Part shown: positions 62,488 through 64,000 of the stretch, piece by piece | Layout of the letters: every line of letters starts with the position of its first letter | Numbering within the stretch: position 1 is the stretch's first letter | Translations under genes and position numbers: made by a program | Assembly (NCBI GenBank): GCA_004764695.1 | Contig: SMSO01000035.1 | Span: 3,484,040 to 3,548,039, forward strand | Origin: Schizochytrium sp. TIO01 | Lineage: Eukaryota > Protista > Bigyra: Labyrinthulomycetes | Direction: 5' to 3' | Length of the DNA stretch: 64,000 nucleotides | The notes under the pieces: model-generated | What the model was told of the DNA's origin: nothing | The model's input: the letters and a program-made list of their open reading frames with translations, nothing else | Databases searched by the model: none

Positions 62488-64000
62488 GTTGCTGAAGAAG
62501 GCTAGCTTCAGCAGGTGCGCTGAGTCTGAGTGAATGTATTCGACACGAATTGCATATACAAGTAGTGGTGTAAGTGAAGAAAGCACTGGATAATGACGAG
62601 TTCAGATGCAAGCTCCGTCGTTTGAGGAAAACAAAGCACTGTAATGCAATCTAGCAAAAGTAACAGCCTTTGATCAGATTAGCGTCATGGCTGAGTAAAT
62701 CAGGCGTATAAAATCATTTTAGAAAGGAAGAAAAAAAAGTATGAAGGTAGGTGTCTAGCCGTCTGCTTCTATAACCGACGGGAACAGACCCAATAGGTCA
62801 TTTGATTATTGCAGATTCCATAATGGCGAGAACCAACAATCCAAGAGAGTTTTGGAAGTTTCAAGAGCGTGACTGCTTAGGTACTCAAGCTACACGCTTC
62901 GGCATGGTCTTCTGCTGGAGTTTCAGTCGTGTCAGGCTGTGGATTCTCAGTGTGCCAGCTTTTGGCTAGATATTATCTCAGGACCACATTGCATTGGTCA
63001 AAGTGAAATCAGAACCGAGATGTTGATTCACAGAATGGCTGTGTTTCAGAAACTCATAGTCATATAATACAATCTTAGATAAGGGTTTTCTGTCTCAAGA
63101 TCCCTTTTACCAAGCTTCGTAGTAATTTAGGGTCACTAGACACAATTATGAAGCTCTGTTGTGAGCTGACGAGGGTAATGCCAGTACTTTAAAGAAAGAA
63201 TTGTAGCAATCGAGCTTCTGTTCGTTGAGGGAGGAAGGATAAGAATGGTCTTGAATTTATGAGATAAGGCTGGAAAGAATATCATTCTCTAGGTTGTCTC
63301 GATTGGATACGCATTTTTGTTTTTAAATTGGTTGTTGTTGTAAAAGTTGTACATCTTGAAGACCCTTGTTTAACCTGCCTTGAAACTTGCACCTGCGAAA
63401 TCTTTGAACAACATTAGCAAATTATCTGAATGTTGAATGATAGATAACCTACAGTGCGAAAAAACAGAATATGCTAAGAAGGTACATTGAGGTAAAACAA
63501 TCTTGAAGGCCTGTCACGAATTTTGTCAAAAGCGAAGCTTGTAAACTCACTCGGTCATGCTAGTGAACAGGTGCACAATGCATGTTTAATTCATTGTGGA
63601 GGGATAGATTAATCCCATTGTTGGGTAATTTTAATTCATTTTAATAAAATTAAACTTAAAATGCAGAGGTCAGGAACAGCAAAGGAGTTTTAGAGCAGTA
63701 TGTCGGAATAGTGTGATTATTCTCCTCAATAGGAGAATCACTCTTATTTCTTATGTATGTGCCGTGAGAAGCAGATTCACGGTGACTAGGATGTACTTCA
63801 GACGTTAGTCCAATCAGCACTCTATCGCCTACGCGCTGAGTATTCTCATAATATACAGAATATGCCTACTCACATTTTGTTTCTCACCTTCGTTACCAGT
63901 ACATACGTAGTACCTATGTACCAGCTCTTTCTCTGTCACGTATTTAAGTATTCATCAGTATCTGAGGTTGACTGTCCTGATGTTTGGTGGAAGGATGGGA

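Noticed and set aside
61900-64000. Possible gene or element remnant at the right end
   Set aside because: Only short stop-ridden frames with no identifiable motif.

Overview
Eukaryotic nuclear DNA, probably a stramenopile protist of thraustochytrid/labyrinthulomycete type (inferred from mostly intronless GC-rich genes, domain architectures and dense tetranucleotide microsatellites; not verified). Five protein-coding genes are supportable: a PARP-like/coiled-coil/TLDc protein (-), a three-repeat MYB transcription factor with a C-terminal DNA-binding domain (-), a 3-exon four-EF-hand protein (+), a large ELM2/PLU-1/2xPHD chromatin protein (+), and an MFS transporter (-) broken by a +1 frameshift at CCC-TGA. 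There is also one tRNA-His(GTG). About 36 kb (10.8-47.5 kb) has no credible protein-coding gene; it holds long microsatellites and probable decayed Penelope-like retroelement fragments. The most striking signal, found by eye, is that the MYB sense strand has no ATG in any frame for about 7.5 kb upstream of its first start codon (10825-18373) and only two ATGs in 9.5 kb (8836-18373), while the opposite strand has dozens. This suggests a giant AUG-free 5' leader with leaky-scanning/uORF control of two MYB isoforms.
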